Below, in pieces: positions 23,621-30,786 of a stretch of DNA of 40,319 nucleotides. The DNA is taken from NCBI GenBank assembly GCA_041632295.1, contig JBFKII010000001.1, positions 1 through 40,319 of the forward strand, read 5' to 3'. Made by a program: the position numbers and the translations under genes. This DNA comes from Anaerolineales bacterium (lineage in GTDB: Bacteria; Chloroflexota; Anaerolineae; Anaerolineales; JABWBV01). Every line of letters starts with the position of its first letter. The stretch's first letter is position 1. Below the pieces are notes generated by a model. The model was not told the DNA's origin. It ran no database searches and saw only the letters and a list, made by a program, of their open reading frames with translations.

Positions 23621-24925
23621 ATGCAAAAAAAATATCGATTGCCAGTCGTGATCGGATCCATATTTCTCTTTTTTTTGGCGGCCTGCACCCCGGCGGGTGC
23701 CGGTCCGGCTGCGGAGGAGACCGATCCGGTGGAAGCGACCGAAGCGGCCCAGCCGACAACCGAGCCGCTTCCCACGGAGACGAACGAAGCGACTGAGGCG
23801 CCTGGCCCTGTCGAAAACTCGACCGCTACGCACTCGGAGGCTGCTTCTTGTGAAGATCCATTTGAGGGGGAATCGTTGCGCTTCAACCCCTCGTTCTGGC
23901 GCGAGACCAATTTTTGCCTGCACAGTGTGGACTTTAGCGAGTTCCTTTCCGGCGGGCCGCCTCCGGACGGCATCCCGCCGATAGACGACCCGGTGTTCGA
24001 TTCCGTGGATGCGGCAGATGAGTGGCTTGGGGACCACTGGCCGGTGATGTTTTTCGAATGGGATGGGGATGCACGAGCGTATCCGCTGGCCATCCTGATG
24101 TGGCACGAGATCGTCAACGATGAGGTCGGCGGCCTGCCGGTCACACTGACTTTCTGCCCGCTATGCAATGCCACCATCGCTTTCAACCGCACCCTCCCGG
24201 ACGGCGCCGTGCTCGATTTCGGCACATCCGGCAACCTGCGCAATTCGGACCTGGTCATGTACGACCGCCAGACTTTTTCCTGGTGGCAGCAGTTCACCGG
24301 TGAGGCGGTGGTCGGGGATATGACCGGCACGGTCCTTGAATTTCTGCCCTCCCAGATCATTGCCTGGGAGGATTTCAAGAACAACCACCCCGAAGGCATG
24401 GTGCTCTCGAGGGAGACCGGCCACGTTCGCAGCTACGGCACCAACCCTTACGGTGGATATGATGATATTTTGACCAACCCCTTCCTGTTTGACGGCGAAT
24501 TGGACGGCCGGCTGGCCGCAAAGGAACGGGTTGTGGCGGTCGAGTTGAACGGGGTCGATGTAGCCTATCCATTCCTGGAGCTGGAAGTCGCCCAGGTTGT
24601 TAACGACGAGATCGGCGGCGAGCCGGTGGTTGTGCTGTGGACCGGCAACACCGGATCCGCTCTCGATAGCCGCAGTTTCGATGACGCCCGGCTGGTCGGC
24701 TCGACGGCCGTCTTCCACAGGACCGTGGACGGGCAGGTGCTGACCTTTGAGGCTGCTGAGGAAGGTTTCCTGGATTTGGAAACAGGAAGCCGATGGAATA
24801 TATTCGGTGAGGCGATCGATGGCCCGCTGGCCGGTACGAAACTTGACCAGGTGGTCTCTGCGGAGCACTTCTGGTTTGCCTGGGCGGTCTTCAAGCCGGA
24901 TACGATCATTTGGACGGCGGAGTAA
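23621..24925 (+). CDS. DUF3179-domain lipoprotein
   Basis: Lipobox FFLAAC. DGIPPIDDPVF, ARAYPLAILMWHEIVNDEVGGLPVTLTFCPLCNATIAFNR and HFWFAW are hallmark DUF3179 motifs. GAGGA lies 7 nt upstream. Confidence 0.85.
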   Translation: MQKKYRLPVVIGSIFLFFLAACTPAGAGPAAEETDPVEATEAAQPTTEPLPTETNEATEAPGPVENSTATHSEAASCEDPFEGESLRFNPSFWRETNFCLHSVDFSEFLSGGPPPDGIPPIDDPVFDSVDAADEWLGDHWPVMFFEWDGDARAYPLAILMWHEIVNDEVGGLPVTLTFCPLCNATIAFNRTLPDGAVLDFGTSGNLRNSDLVMYDRQTFSWWQQFTGEAVVGDMTGTVLEFLPSQIIAWEDFKNNHPEGMVLSRETGHVRSYGTNPYGGYDDILTNPFLFDGELDGRLAAKERVVAVELNGVDVAYPFLELEVAQVVNDEIGGEPVVVLWTGNTGSALDSRSFDDARLVGSTAVFHRTVDGQVLTFEAAEEGFLDLETGSRWNIFGEAIDGPLAGTKLDQVVSAEHFWFAWAVFKPDTIIWTAE

Positions 24926-26187
24926 ACGCTTTTCCGGTCTTAACCATCCGCGCCTGGAGCCTGTTGTTCCTGCTGGCGCTCGCAGCCTGCACACGGCTTG
25001 GGGAAAGCGCGACTCCAGAAGCGACACCGATTACGCCCTCCGCTTTCAATCCAACACTGGCTGCACCCACCCCGGTCGAGCCGGGCCTCGATCTACCGCT
25101 TGATCTGGCCCCGCAAATCCCAGAATCGATCCCACCTCCGGATACCAGCCGGCACCGGGTGCCGCTCGACCGGATCTATTTCGACACCTTTCAGCCTGTA
25201 AACCGGTCCGTCCCGCTGAGTTCGGCTTCCCCCGAGCTGATCGAAAGGCTGCTGGACGCCATCCCCCCGATCCACGATCCCCGCTTTGTAAGCGCGGCTG
25301 AAAGCGATTGGCTGGAAAGCGATTCGATGGTGCTCGGTTACGCCACGGCGGAAGGGGCCTGGGCTTTTCCAGTCCGGATTCTGAATTTCCACGAGATCGT
25401 CAACACGGTGATAGGCGGGGAGCCGATCCTGGTTTCTTATTGCCCGCTGTGCTACAGCGGCATCGTCTACAGCCGCCGGATGGCAGGGGGGGTCCTCACC
25501 TTTGGCAACACCAGCGCGCTGTACGAATCGGACATGGTCATGGTGGATTACCAGACCGGCAGCTACTGGTGGCAGGTAGCGGGGTCCGCCATTGTGGGCC
25601 CGTTGACCGGTTCGCAGCTGACCGTGCTCCCCGGCGTGATGTCGTCCTGGGGAGCCTGGCGGAACCTGTACCCTGACACCCTGGTGATGTCTCGCGATAC
25701 GGGCTACGCCCGCAATTACGACCGGGACCCTTTTTCCTCATATGCCGAGTTCATCAACGGCGGCACCTGGGCGTTCCCGGTCAGCCAGGCAGCCCGCGAC
25801 CCGCGGCTTCGGCCCGCCGACATCGTTGCTGCCATACGGGTCGGCGACACGGTACGCGGATATCCGATCGCCGGTGAGGTACCGGTTGTCTTCAACGATA
25901 CGATCGAAGGCCAACCCGTACTGGTGGTCGGGGTGCCCGCCGATGGTTTTGCGGCAGCTTACAGCCCGGTAGTGGACGCTTTGCGGCTCGAATTCCGGTT
26001 TGAAAATGGGGGGATCGCAGACCGCCAGACTGGGAGTACCTGGACAATAACCGGGAAGGCAACTTCCGGCCCGATGTCCGGGCAGATGTTGCAGCCGCTG
26101 GCGATGAAGACCACGTACTGGTTTGCGATCGCGGCGGCTGAACCCGAAATCACCCTGGCGGTTCCGGATTCAGGTTCCACTCGTTAA
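24910..26187 (+). CDS. DUF3179-domain lipoprotein (tandem paralog)
   Basis: Lipobox LALAAC. IPPIHDPRF, AFPVRILNFHEIVNTVIGGEPILVSYCPLCYSGIVYSR and TYWFAI. The TTG start at 24910 overlaps the upstream gene by 16 nt; the start is uncertain. Confidence 0.8.
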   Translation: MDGGVNAFPVLTIRAWSLLFLLALAACTRLGESATPEATPITPSAFNPTLAAPTPVEPGLDLPLDLAPQIPESIPPPDTSRHRVPLDRIYFDTFQPVNRSVPLSSASPELIERLLDAIPPIHDPRFVSAAESDWLESDSMVLGYATAEGAWAFPVRILNFHEIVNTVIGGEPILVSYCPLCYSGIVYSRRMAGGVLTFGNTSALYESDMVMVDYQTGSYWWQVAGSAIVGPLTGSQLTVLPGVMSSWGAWRNLYPDTLVMSRDTGYARNYDRDPFSSYAEFINGGTWAFPVSQAARDPRLRPADIVAAIRVGDTVRGYPIAGEVPVVFNDTIEGQPVLVVGVPADGFAAAYSPVVDALRLEFRFENGGIADRQTGSTWTITGKATSGPMSGQMLQPLAMKTTYWFAIAAAEPEITLAVPDSGSTR

Positions 26188-26646
26188 GGAGACGATCTCC
26201 GCTTTTTCCAGTGCGCCGATCAGATCGCTCACTTGAAGAAAGATCGTGGTGCCCGGCAGGCCGGACCCGAGGGAAATTTCTTGCTGCTCGAGCACGCTTG
26301 AGTCAACCAGAATGCGCAGAGGATGCGGCAGACCGAAGGGGGAAACCGCGCCGATTTCGTATCCGGTCACCTGCCGGACCTCCTCCGGACTGGCCATCGT
26401 GAGCCGGGATTGGCCCAAATATTTTCGCAGCCCAGACCAGTCGATCTGCTGAGGCCCGGCGACCAGCACCATGACATAAACCTGCTCCGAGATCCGGAAC
26501 ACGATCGACCGCACCACCTGCTCCGGCAGCTGGCCGCGTTCCCGGGCGGCCTGCTCGAGGGAGAATATCCTGCCGGGATGCCGGAACTCCCGATAGGTAA
26601 TGCCCAGGGCTTGAAGCTGGGCTGCGACAGGGGAAGCCACGCTCAT
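26170..26646 (-). CDS. YbaK/EbsC/ProX-type aminoacyl-tRNA deacylase domain protein
   Basis: 158 aa. GYEIGAVSPFG and ISLGSG motifs. ATGA overlap with dinB. Confidence 0.8.
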   Translation of the reverse strand: MSVASPVAAQLQALGITYREFRHPGRIFSLEQAARERGQLPEQVVRSIVFRISEQVYVMVLVAGPQQIDWSGLRKYLGQSRLTMASPEEVRQVTGYEIGAVSPFGLPHPLRILVDSSVLEQQEISLGSGLPGTTIFLQVSDLIGALEKAEIVSLTSGT

Positions 26647-27728
26647 TCTGCGTCCAGGAACGTCATCTGCCTGGGTGGATCGACCAGTCCGCTGACCCCA
26701 ACACCGATCAAGCGAACCGGTCTGCCCGGCTGCCAGACTGCCGAAAGCAGTTGCCAGGCATGGCCGGCGATGGCCTCCCCGCTGGCTGTGGGAATGGAAA
26801 AAGTAACCTGGCGGGTCAGGGTCTGAAAATCCGGCCAGCGGACCTTAATGCGGACTGTGACCGCGGCCTTACCGCGTCGCTGCAGGACGCGGCCCAGGTG
26901 CAAGGCCTGCCGGTTCACCTCTGCCTGCAAGCGCGTGGCCGAACGTACGTCTTTTGAAAATGTGACCTCCTGGCTGAAGGATTTTGCCTCCCGATCCACC
27001 ACGACAGGGGACTCGTCGATCCCCTGGGCCCGCTGGACCATGTCGCGGCCGTGCTTTCCAAAGATTTCTGCTAGCAGTCCTCGATCTGAGGCCGCAAGGT
27101 CGCCGATCGTGCGGATTCCCAGCTCGGCAAGGCGCGCCTCCGTCTTCGGCCCGATTCCCCAGAGCGACCGCACGGGCAGCGGGGCCAGGAATTCGGCCTC
27201 CGTTCCCTTGGGGACGATGGTCAGCGCGTTAGGGGGAGATCCGCCCACCGCCTGGCTTTTTCCGAAATCGTTGGCGATCTTGGCCAACAGCTTGTTAGAC
27301 GCCAGGCCCAGGGAACAGGGCAGCTCCAGTTCCGTACGGATCTGCTGCTGCAGGCGCCGGGCAAGGATCTCCGCCGGTTCATCAATTTCCGTCACATCCA
27401 GGAAGGCCTCATCGATGGAAAGTTGCTCCACGAGCGGCGTCACATTTTCCAGCCGGGCCATCACTTTTTTAGACTCTTTGGCATACGCGGCGAAGTCCCC
27501 GGAGAGGACCTCCAGGTCCGGGCACAGGCGGAGTGCGCGCCCCATCGGCATCGCCGACCGAACGCCGAAACTCCGTGCGGGGTACGAGCATGACGCAACC
27601 ACTCCGCGTTGCTCGGGGCGTCCACCCACCGCGAACGGCTTGCCCCGCAGGTCAGGGCGACGCTGCTCTTCAACGGCGCAGTAAAAGGCATCCAGGTCGA
27701 GGTGGATGATCCGCCGGTCTTTTTTCAT
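26643..27728 (-). CDS. dinB: DNA polymerase IV (Y-family translesion polymerase)
   Basis: IIHLDLDAFYCAVEE, KPFAVGG, ASCSYPARSFGV, SIDEAFLDV, SLGLASNKLLAKIA and LWGIGPKT are canonical DinB motifs. Confidence 0.95.
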   Translation of the reverse strand: MKKDRRIIHLDLDAFYCAVEEQRRPDLRGKPFAVGGRPEQRGVVASCSYPARSFGVRSAMPMGRALRLCPDLEVLSGDFAAYAKESKKVMARLENVTPLVEQLSIDEAFLDVTEIDEPAEILARRLQQQIRTELELPCSLGLASNKLLAKIANDFGKSQAVGGSPPNALTIVPKGTEAEFLAPLPVRSLWGIGPKTEARLAELGIRTIGDLAASDRGLLAEIFGKHGRDMVQRAQGIDESPVVVDREAKSFSQEVTFSKDVRSATRLQAEVNRQALHLGRVLQRRGKAAVTVRIKVRWPDFQTLTRQVTFSIPTASGEAIAGHAWQLLSAVWQPGRPVRLIGVGVSGLVDPPRQMTFLDAE

Positions 27729-28198
27729 TCAAAAATATCCATCCCCTCCGGGATCTGGAAAACGGTCACTTCGGCGCGCACGGTGATTTTGCCATCCGCA
27801 CTGACGGACACCGCAACTTTAACTTTCCTCCCGTCGACTTTATTGACCCAGGCGCGCAGCATGAGGGTCGAATCGATCGGGGTGGGCGCCTCAAAGCGCA
27901 CGTTCAGCGAGCCGGTCACGAAGCGAAATGGCGGTTCGCTGTCCATCGACCGGTTTTCCTGGCGGTACATGGCGGCTGCGGCCGTGCCGGTGGCATGGCA
28001 GTCGACCAGGGATGCCAGCAGCCCGCCGTAGGTATACCCCGGAACCGCGGTGTGGTATGGGCGCGGGCGGAAATGGCACACTACTTCATCGCCTTCCCAG
28101 TAGCTCTTGATCTGCAGCCCCTGGGGGTTGAGCCGGCCGCAGCCGTAACACACCGCGTATTTCCCTTCATAAAAATCCTGGACGGCTTTTTCGCTCAT
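27725..28198 (-). CDS. PaaI-family hotdog-fold thioesterase
   Basis: CYGCGRLNPQGLQI N-terminal motif and GGLLASLVDCH. 157 aa. ATGA overlap with dinB. Confidence 0.75.
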   Translation of the reverse strand: MSEKAVQDFYEGKYAVCYGCGRLNPQGLQIKSYWEGDEVVCHFRPRPYHTAVPGYTYGGLLASLVDCHATGTAAAAMYRQENRSMDSEPPFRFVTGSLNVRFEAPTPIDSTLMLRAWVNKVDGRKVKVAVSVSADGKITVRAEVTVFQIPEGMDIFE

Positions 28199-28205
28199 GG
28201 GGGAA

Positions 28206-28211
28206 AGTATA
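28206..28211 (-). promoter_or_regulatory. -10-like hexamer TATACT, 7 nt upstream of ATG 28198 (possible leaderless promoter of the thioesterase-dinB-ybaK operon)
   Basis: The minus strand reads TATACT-TTCCCCC-ATG with no SD. MITE copy B starts 7 nt upstream of the hexamer. Confidence 0.35.
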
Positions 28212-28218
28212 ATCCCTG

Positions 28219-28417
28219 CAAGGCGTTCTCAAAGTCCGTTGACAAAAAGGCCTTTCGATGGTTGAGTAGGCCGCGAAGCGGCCGTATCGAAATCGAGAAA
28301 GGCGGAAAATTGGGTTTTGACAGGCCCTTCGACAGGCCCTTCGACAGGCTCAGGGCAGGCTCAGGGCATGCTCAACCAGCGTTTTCCGCCAGGTTTCGCG
28401 ACTTTGAGAAAGCCATG
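28219..28417 (+). mobile_element. MITE-like non-autonomous element, copy B (199 bp)
   Basis: TIRs are CAAGGCGTTCTCAAAGTC (28219-28236) and GACTTTGAGAAAGCCATG (28400-28417). The flanking 10-mers ATAATCCCTG (28209-28218) and ATTATCCGTG (28418-28427) match 8/10. Identical runs of 29 nt and 47 nt are shared with copy A. Confidence 0.8.
28321..28367. repeat. copy-B-specific tandem micro-duplications (12 bp x2, then 11 bp x2)
   Basis: CAGGCCCTTCGA x2 at 28321-28344 and AGGCTCAGGGC x2 at 28346-28367. Copy A has each unit only once. Confidence 0.85.
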
Positions 28418-28436
28418 ATTATCCGTGCGGAGACGG

Positions 28437-28465
28437 TTGACGCCAGCCGCCGGCGCGGCTAAAAT
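28437..28465 (+). promoter_or_regulatory. sigma-70-type promoter of rplY (TTGACG, 17 nt, TAAAAT)
   Basis: TTGACG at 28437-28442, an exact 17-nt spacer, then TAAAAT at 28460-28465. It lies about 90 nt upstream of the ATG at 28555. Confidence 0.55.
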
Positions 28466-28554
28466 TGCCCCCGCTGTCCGACCTGGACGGCGAATCGACC
28501 GGTAGGGCGAGGGTAACCGAAATCCGTCGGTGAGAGGCGCCCGAGGAAGGAAAC

Positions 28555-29214
28555 ATGTCAGAAAGGATTATCTTACCCGCTGACCACCGCAAAGTGATCG
28601 GCAAAAAAGTTAAAGTCTTGCGCCGGGAGGGGAAGCTGCCCGCCATTGTTTACGGCAGCGGCATCGAGCCGACCCCGATCGTCATGGACATGCACGAAGC
28701 CACCAAGTCCCTGCGCACCGTGACTTCATCAACGCTGGTTTTGCTCGATATCGAAGGCAAGGAGCAGCTGGCCCTGGTGCGGGATCGCCAGGTGGATCGA
28801 TTGAAGAACATGATTCTGCACGTCGATTTTTTGGCGGTCTCCATGGGGCAAACCCTGCAGGCTACGGTCCCCATCCGGCTGGTCGGCCACGCACCGGTCC
28901 TGGATGATTTTGACGCCCTGGTGATGCAGGATACCGAGAGCCTGGAAGTCGAGGTGCTGCCGAAGGACCTGCCGGAGGTCATCGAAGTGGATGTCTCCGT
29001 GCTGACTGAACTGGGCAGCAGCATATCGATCACCGATCTGGACCTGCCAGAGGGGGTCAATGTTCTGACCGACCCCGATACGCTGATCGCAGTCGCCTTA
29101 TCCGCCGCCCGCGAAGAAGAAGAGGAAGAGGAAGAAGAGGAACTGCTGCCGGAGGATGCCGAGCCGGAACTGATCGAACGCGGCAAGCAGGAAGAAGACG
29201 AAGAAGAGGAGTAA
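28555..29214 (+). CDS. rplY: 50S ribosomal protein L25 / general stress protein Ctc form, with a poly-acidic C-terminal tail
   Basis: LPADHRKVIGKKVKVLRREGKLPAIVYG N-terminus, RDRQVDRLKNMILHVDF, and a two-domain Ctc-length protein. The tail is EEEEEEEEELLPEDAEPELIERGKQEEDEEEE. GGAAGG SD. Confidence 0.9.
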   Translation: MSERIILPADHRKVIGKKVKVLRREGKLPAIVYGSGIEPTPIVMDMHEATKSLRTVTSSTLVLLDIEGKEQLALVRDRQVDRLKNMILHVDFLAVSMGQTLQATVPIRLVGHAPVLDDFDALVMQDTESLEVEVLPKDLPEVIEVDVSVLTELGSSISITDLDLPEGVNVLTDPDTLIAVALSAAREEEEEEEEEELLPEDAEPELIERGKQEEDEEEE

Positions 29215-29242
29215 GCCCGGCTTCTTTCCCCCTAAGAGAACG

Positions 29243-29272
29243 AAAAAAAGAGCGCCTCAGGGCGCTCTTTTT
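29243..29272. terminator. bidirectional intrinsic terminator
   Basis: AAAAAGAGCGCC-TCAG-GGCGCTCTTTTT: a 12-bp stem with a 4-nt loop, with an A-run and T-run on either side. It sits between the convergent rplY and NUDIX genes. Confidence 0.85.
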
Positions 29273-29281
29273 CATGGTTGC

Positions 29282-29899
29282 TCATCCGTCCAGGCCCAGA
29301 GCCTCCAGCAGGTTGAGGGTCAGGCGGGCGGTGAAGCCCCACAACAGCTCCCCGTCGTAATGGTTGAAGTAGATCACCGGCCGGGGGTCCCGATTAGAGA
29401 GCGACCGGTACCGGATTTCGTGGTTTCCCCGGTCCGCCAACCAAGAAAGTGGGATGGAAAATACCCGGGCCACTTCTCCGGGTTCGGGTTGGAAACTGAC
29501 GGGCCAGTCGAACGAGCCGACGATCGGGGTGACGACGTAATTGGTCACCGAGTGGGCCCGGGGAAGTTCGCCCAGGATTCGAACCCGTTCCGGGGGCAGG
29601 CCGATCTCTTCATGGGCCTCGCGCAATGCCGCCCGGGCCGGGGTGCGGTCCCCTGGATCGATCCCACCCCCGGGAAACGCTACCTGGCCGCCGTGATGAT
29701 CGTGTTCGTGCTCAGTCCTGCGGATAAAAACCAGGTGCCAGTCATCTTTAAAACGTGTCATCGGGATCAGCACGCCCGCTTCCCGGCGCGGCCGATTAAA
29801 CAGGTTGACCGGCCTGGGGGCTTCTTTCCGGGGTCCCTGCCAGGCTTCAAGAGACGCCCGGATCGCTTCCTCTGACAGATCTCGGATGGCCATGATCAC
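29282..29899 (-). CDS. NUDIX hydrolase, CoA-pyrophosphatase-like
   Basis: LVFIRRTEHEHDHHGGQVAFPGGG followed by the Nudix box ALREAHEEIGL. GTG 29899 overlaps the trmI stop; an alternative ATG lies at 29893. Confidence 0.75.
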   Translation of the reverse strand: MIMAIRDLSEEAIRASLEAWQGPRKEAPRPVNLFNRPRREAGVLIPMTRFKDDWHLVFIRRTEHEHDHHGGQVAFPGGGIDPGDRTPARAALREAHEEIGLPPERVRILGELPRAHSVTNYVVTPIVGSFDWPVSFQPEPGEVARVFSIPLSWLADRGNHEIRYRSLSNRDPRPVIYFNHYDGELLWGFTARLTLNLLEALGLDG

Positions 29900-30699
29900 T
29901 GTTGGATTGTCGGCTGGAACACGGGGCGGCCAAAAACCAGAAAACCGGTGTGGGCAATCATTCTGTCCGTGGGTCGCAAACGGCGCGGGTTCGGCCGGTA
30001 ATAGCGTAGCAGGATTTCAACCACTTCAACAAATGCAAATTTGTTTTTTTCCAGGGCGGTCAGGAGTGCCATCACCTGGTTGGCGGTAGGCACCAGGGAA
30101 CCGAAATGGCCGCCGGGCCTCAGGGCTGCACGTACTTGGGGGACGTAGTCCTGCGGTGTGGGCACATCCAGGAAAAATGCATCCAGATTGACCAGCTCCA
30201 GTCCCTCAAAAATATCGTGCTGGCGAAACGTGACCCGCTCGGGATAACCAAAACGCTGCAGGTTTTTTTTAGCCAGGTCCAGGCTGTCAGGATGGTTTTC
30301 GAACGAGTACAGGTGCCCGCTGGATCCGAGCGCAGTGGACAGTGCCAGAGTCATGGCCCCAGATCCGGTACCCGCCTCGCCGACAATTTTTCCGGGCTCG
30401 ATGCCCATCGCCATCAACAAAAACCCGATATCTTTGGGGTACATGATCTGCGTCCGCCTGGGAAGCTCGTTGATCAGATCGGCCACCGTGGGCAGCAGAA
30501 GGTGGAATGTGCGCCCGATGTGGCTTTTTACGATGCTTCCCCAAGGCAGGCCGATCAGGTCGTCGTGAGGGATCTCCCCCCGGTGCGTCTGCATCGACTG
30601 GCCGGCAGCCAGGCGGAAGATGTGGTTCTTGTGTTTGACCCCGACGAGCATTACGACATCGCCTTCAGCAGCGGTCGGGGCTTGTGTGGCAGACATCAT
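29896..30699 (-). CDS. trmI: tRNA (adenine-N1)-methyltransferase (TrmI/GCD14 family)
   Basis: PRRTQIMYPKDIG, the SAM motif VGEAGTGSGAMTLAL, FLDVP and AHTGFLVFGR. ATGATG start, so either ATG is possible. Confidence 0.85.
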   Translation of the reverse strand: MMSATQAPTAAEGDVVMLVGVKHKNHIFRLAAGQSMQTHRGEIPHDDLIGLPWGSIVKSHIGRTFHLLLPTVADLINELPRRTQIMYPKDIGFLLMAMGIEPGKIVGEAGTGSGAMTLALSTALGSSGHLYSFENHPDSLDLAKKNLQRFGYPERVTFRQHDIFEGLELVNLDAFFLDVPTPQDYVPQVRAALRPGGHFGSLVPTANQVMALLTALEKNKFAFVEVVEILLRYYRPNPRRLRPTDRMIAHTGFLVFGRPVFQPTIQQ

Positions 30700-30703
30700 G
30701 AGG

Positions 30704-30709
30704 AAAATA
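30704..30709 (-). promoter_or_regulatory. -10-like hexamer TATTTT, 7 nt upstream of the second ATG of trmI (possible leaderless promoter)
   Basis: The minus strand reads TATTTT-CCTCATG-ATG with no SD. Confidence 0.25.
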
Positions 30710-30786
30710 GGTGGTGAGCAAGGGAGTGATTGTCACCCTGGTCCTGAGCCGTGCGAAGGAACTGGTGACAGTCATTCACGGAAAAA

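Noticed and set aside
26170-26187. 18-bp tail-to-tail overlap of the second DUF3179 gene and the ybaK-like gene.
   Set aside because: Convergent 3' overlaps are common in compact genomes. The only implication is the absence of an intergenic terminator.
28321-28367. Short tandem repeats as a possible mini CRISPR or other array.
   Set aside because: There are only two units each of 12 and 11 bp, with no spacers, and they lie inside the MITE. These are slippage duplications.
23375-28417. Reading the two repeats plus the enclosed genes as a composite transposon or genomic island carrying dinB.
   Set aside because: Each repeat copy has its own flanking duplication (perfect for A, 8/10 for B), which indicates two independent insertions rather than one composite unit. 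There is no transposase, integrase or tRNA attachment site, and no compositional break visible by eye.
28219-28417. The repeat as a small protein-coding gene or a riboswitch/leader RNA shared by two operons.
   Set aside because: The indels between the copies (12 + 11 nt, and about a 1-nt difference) break any common reading frame, and substitutions show no synonymous bias. TIRs plus TSDs are better explained by transposition. A structured-RNA role cannot be fully excluded without an Rfam scan.
30726-30775. Long imperfect hairpin (GTGATTGTCACC ... GGTGACAGTCAT, 26-nt loop) between the S9 peptidase and trmI genes.
   Set aside because: On the transcribed (minus) strand the two wobble pairs become A-C mismatches and no U-tract follows. 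There is not enough support for a terminator or regulatory call.
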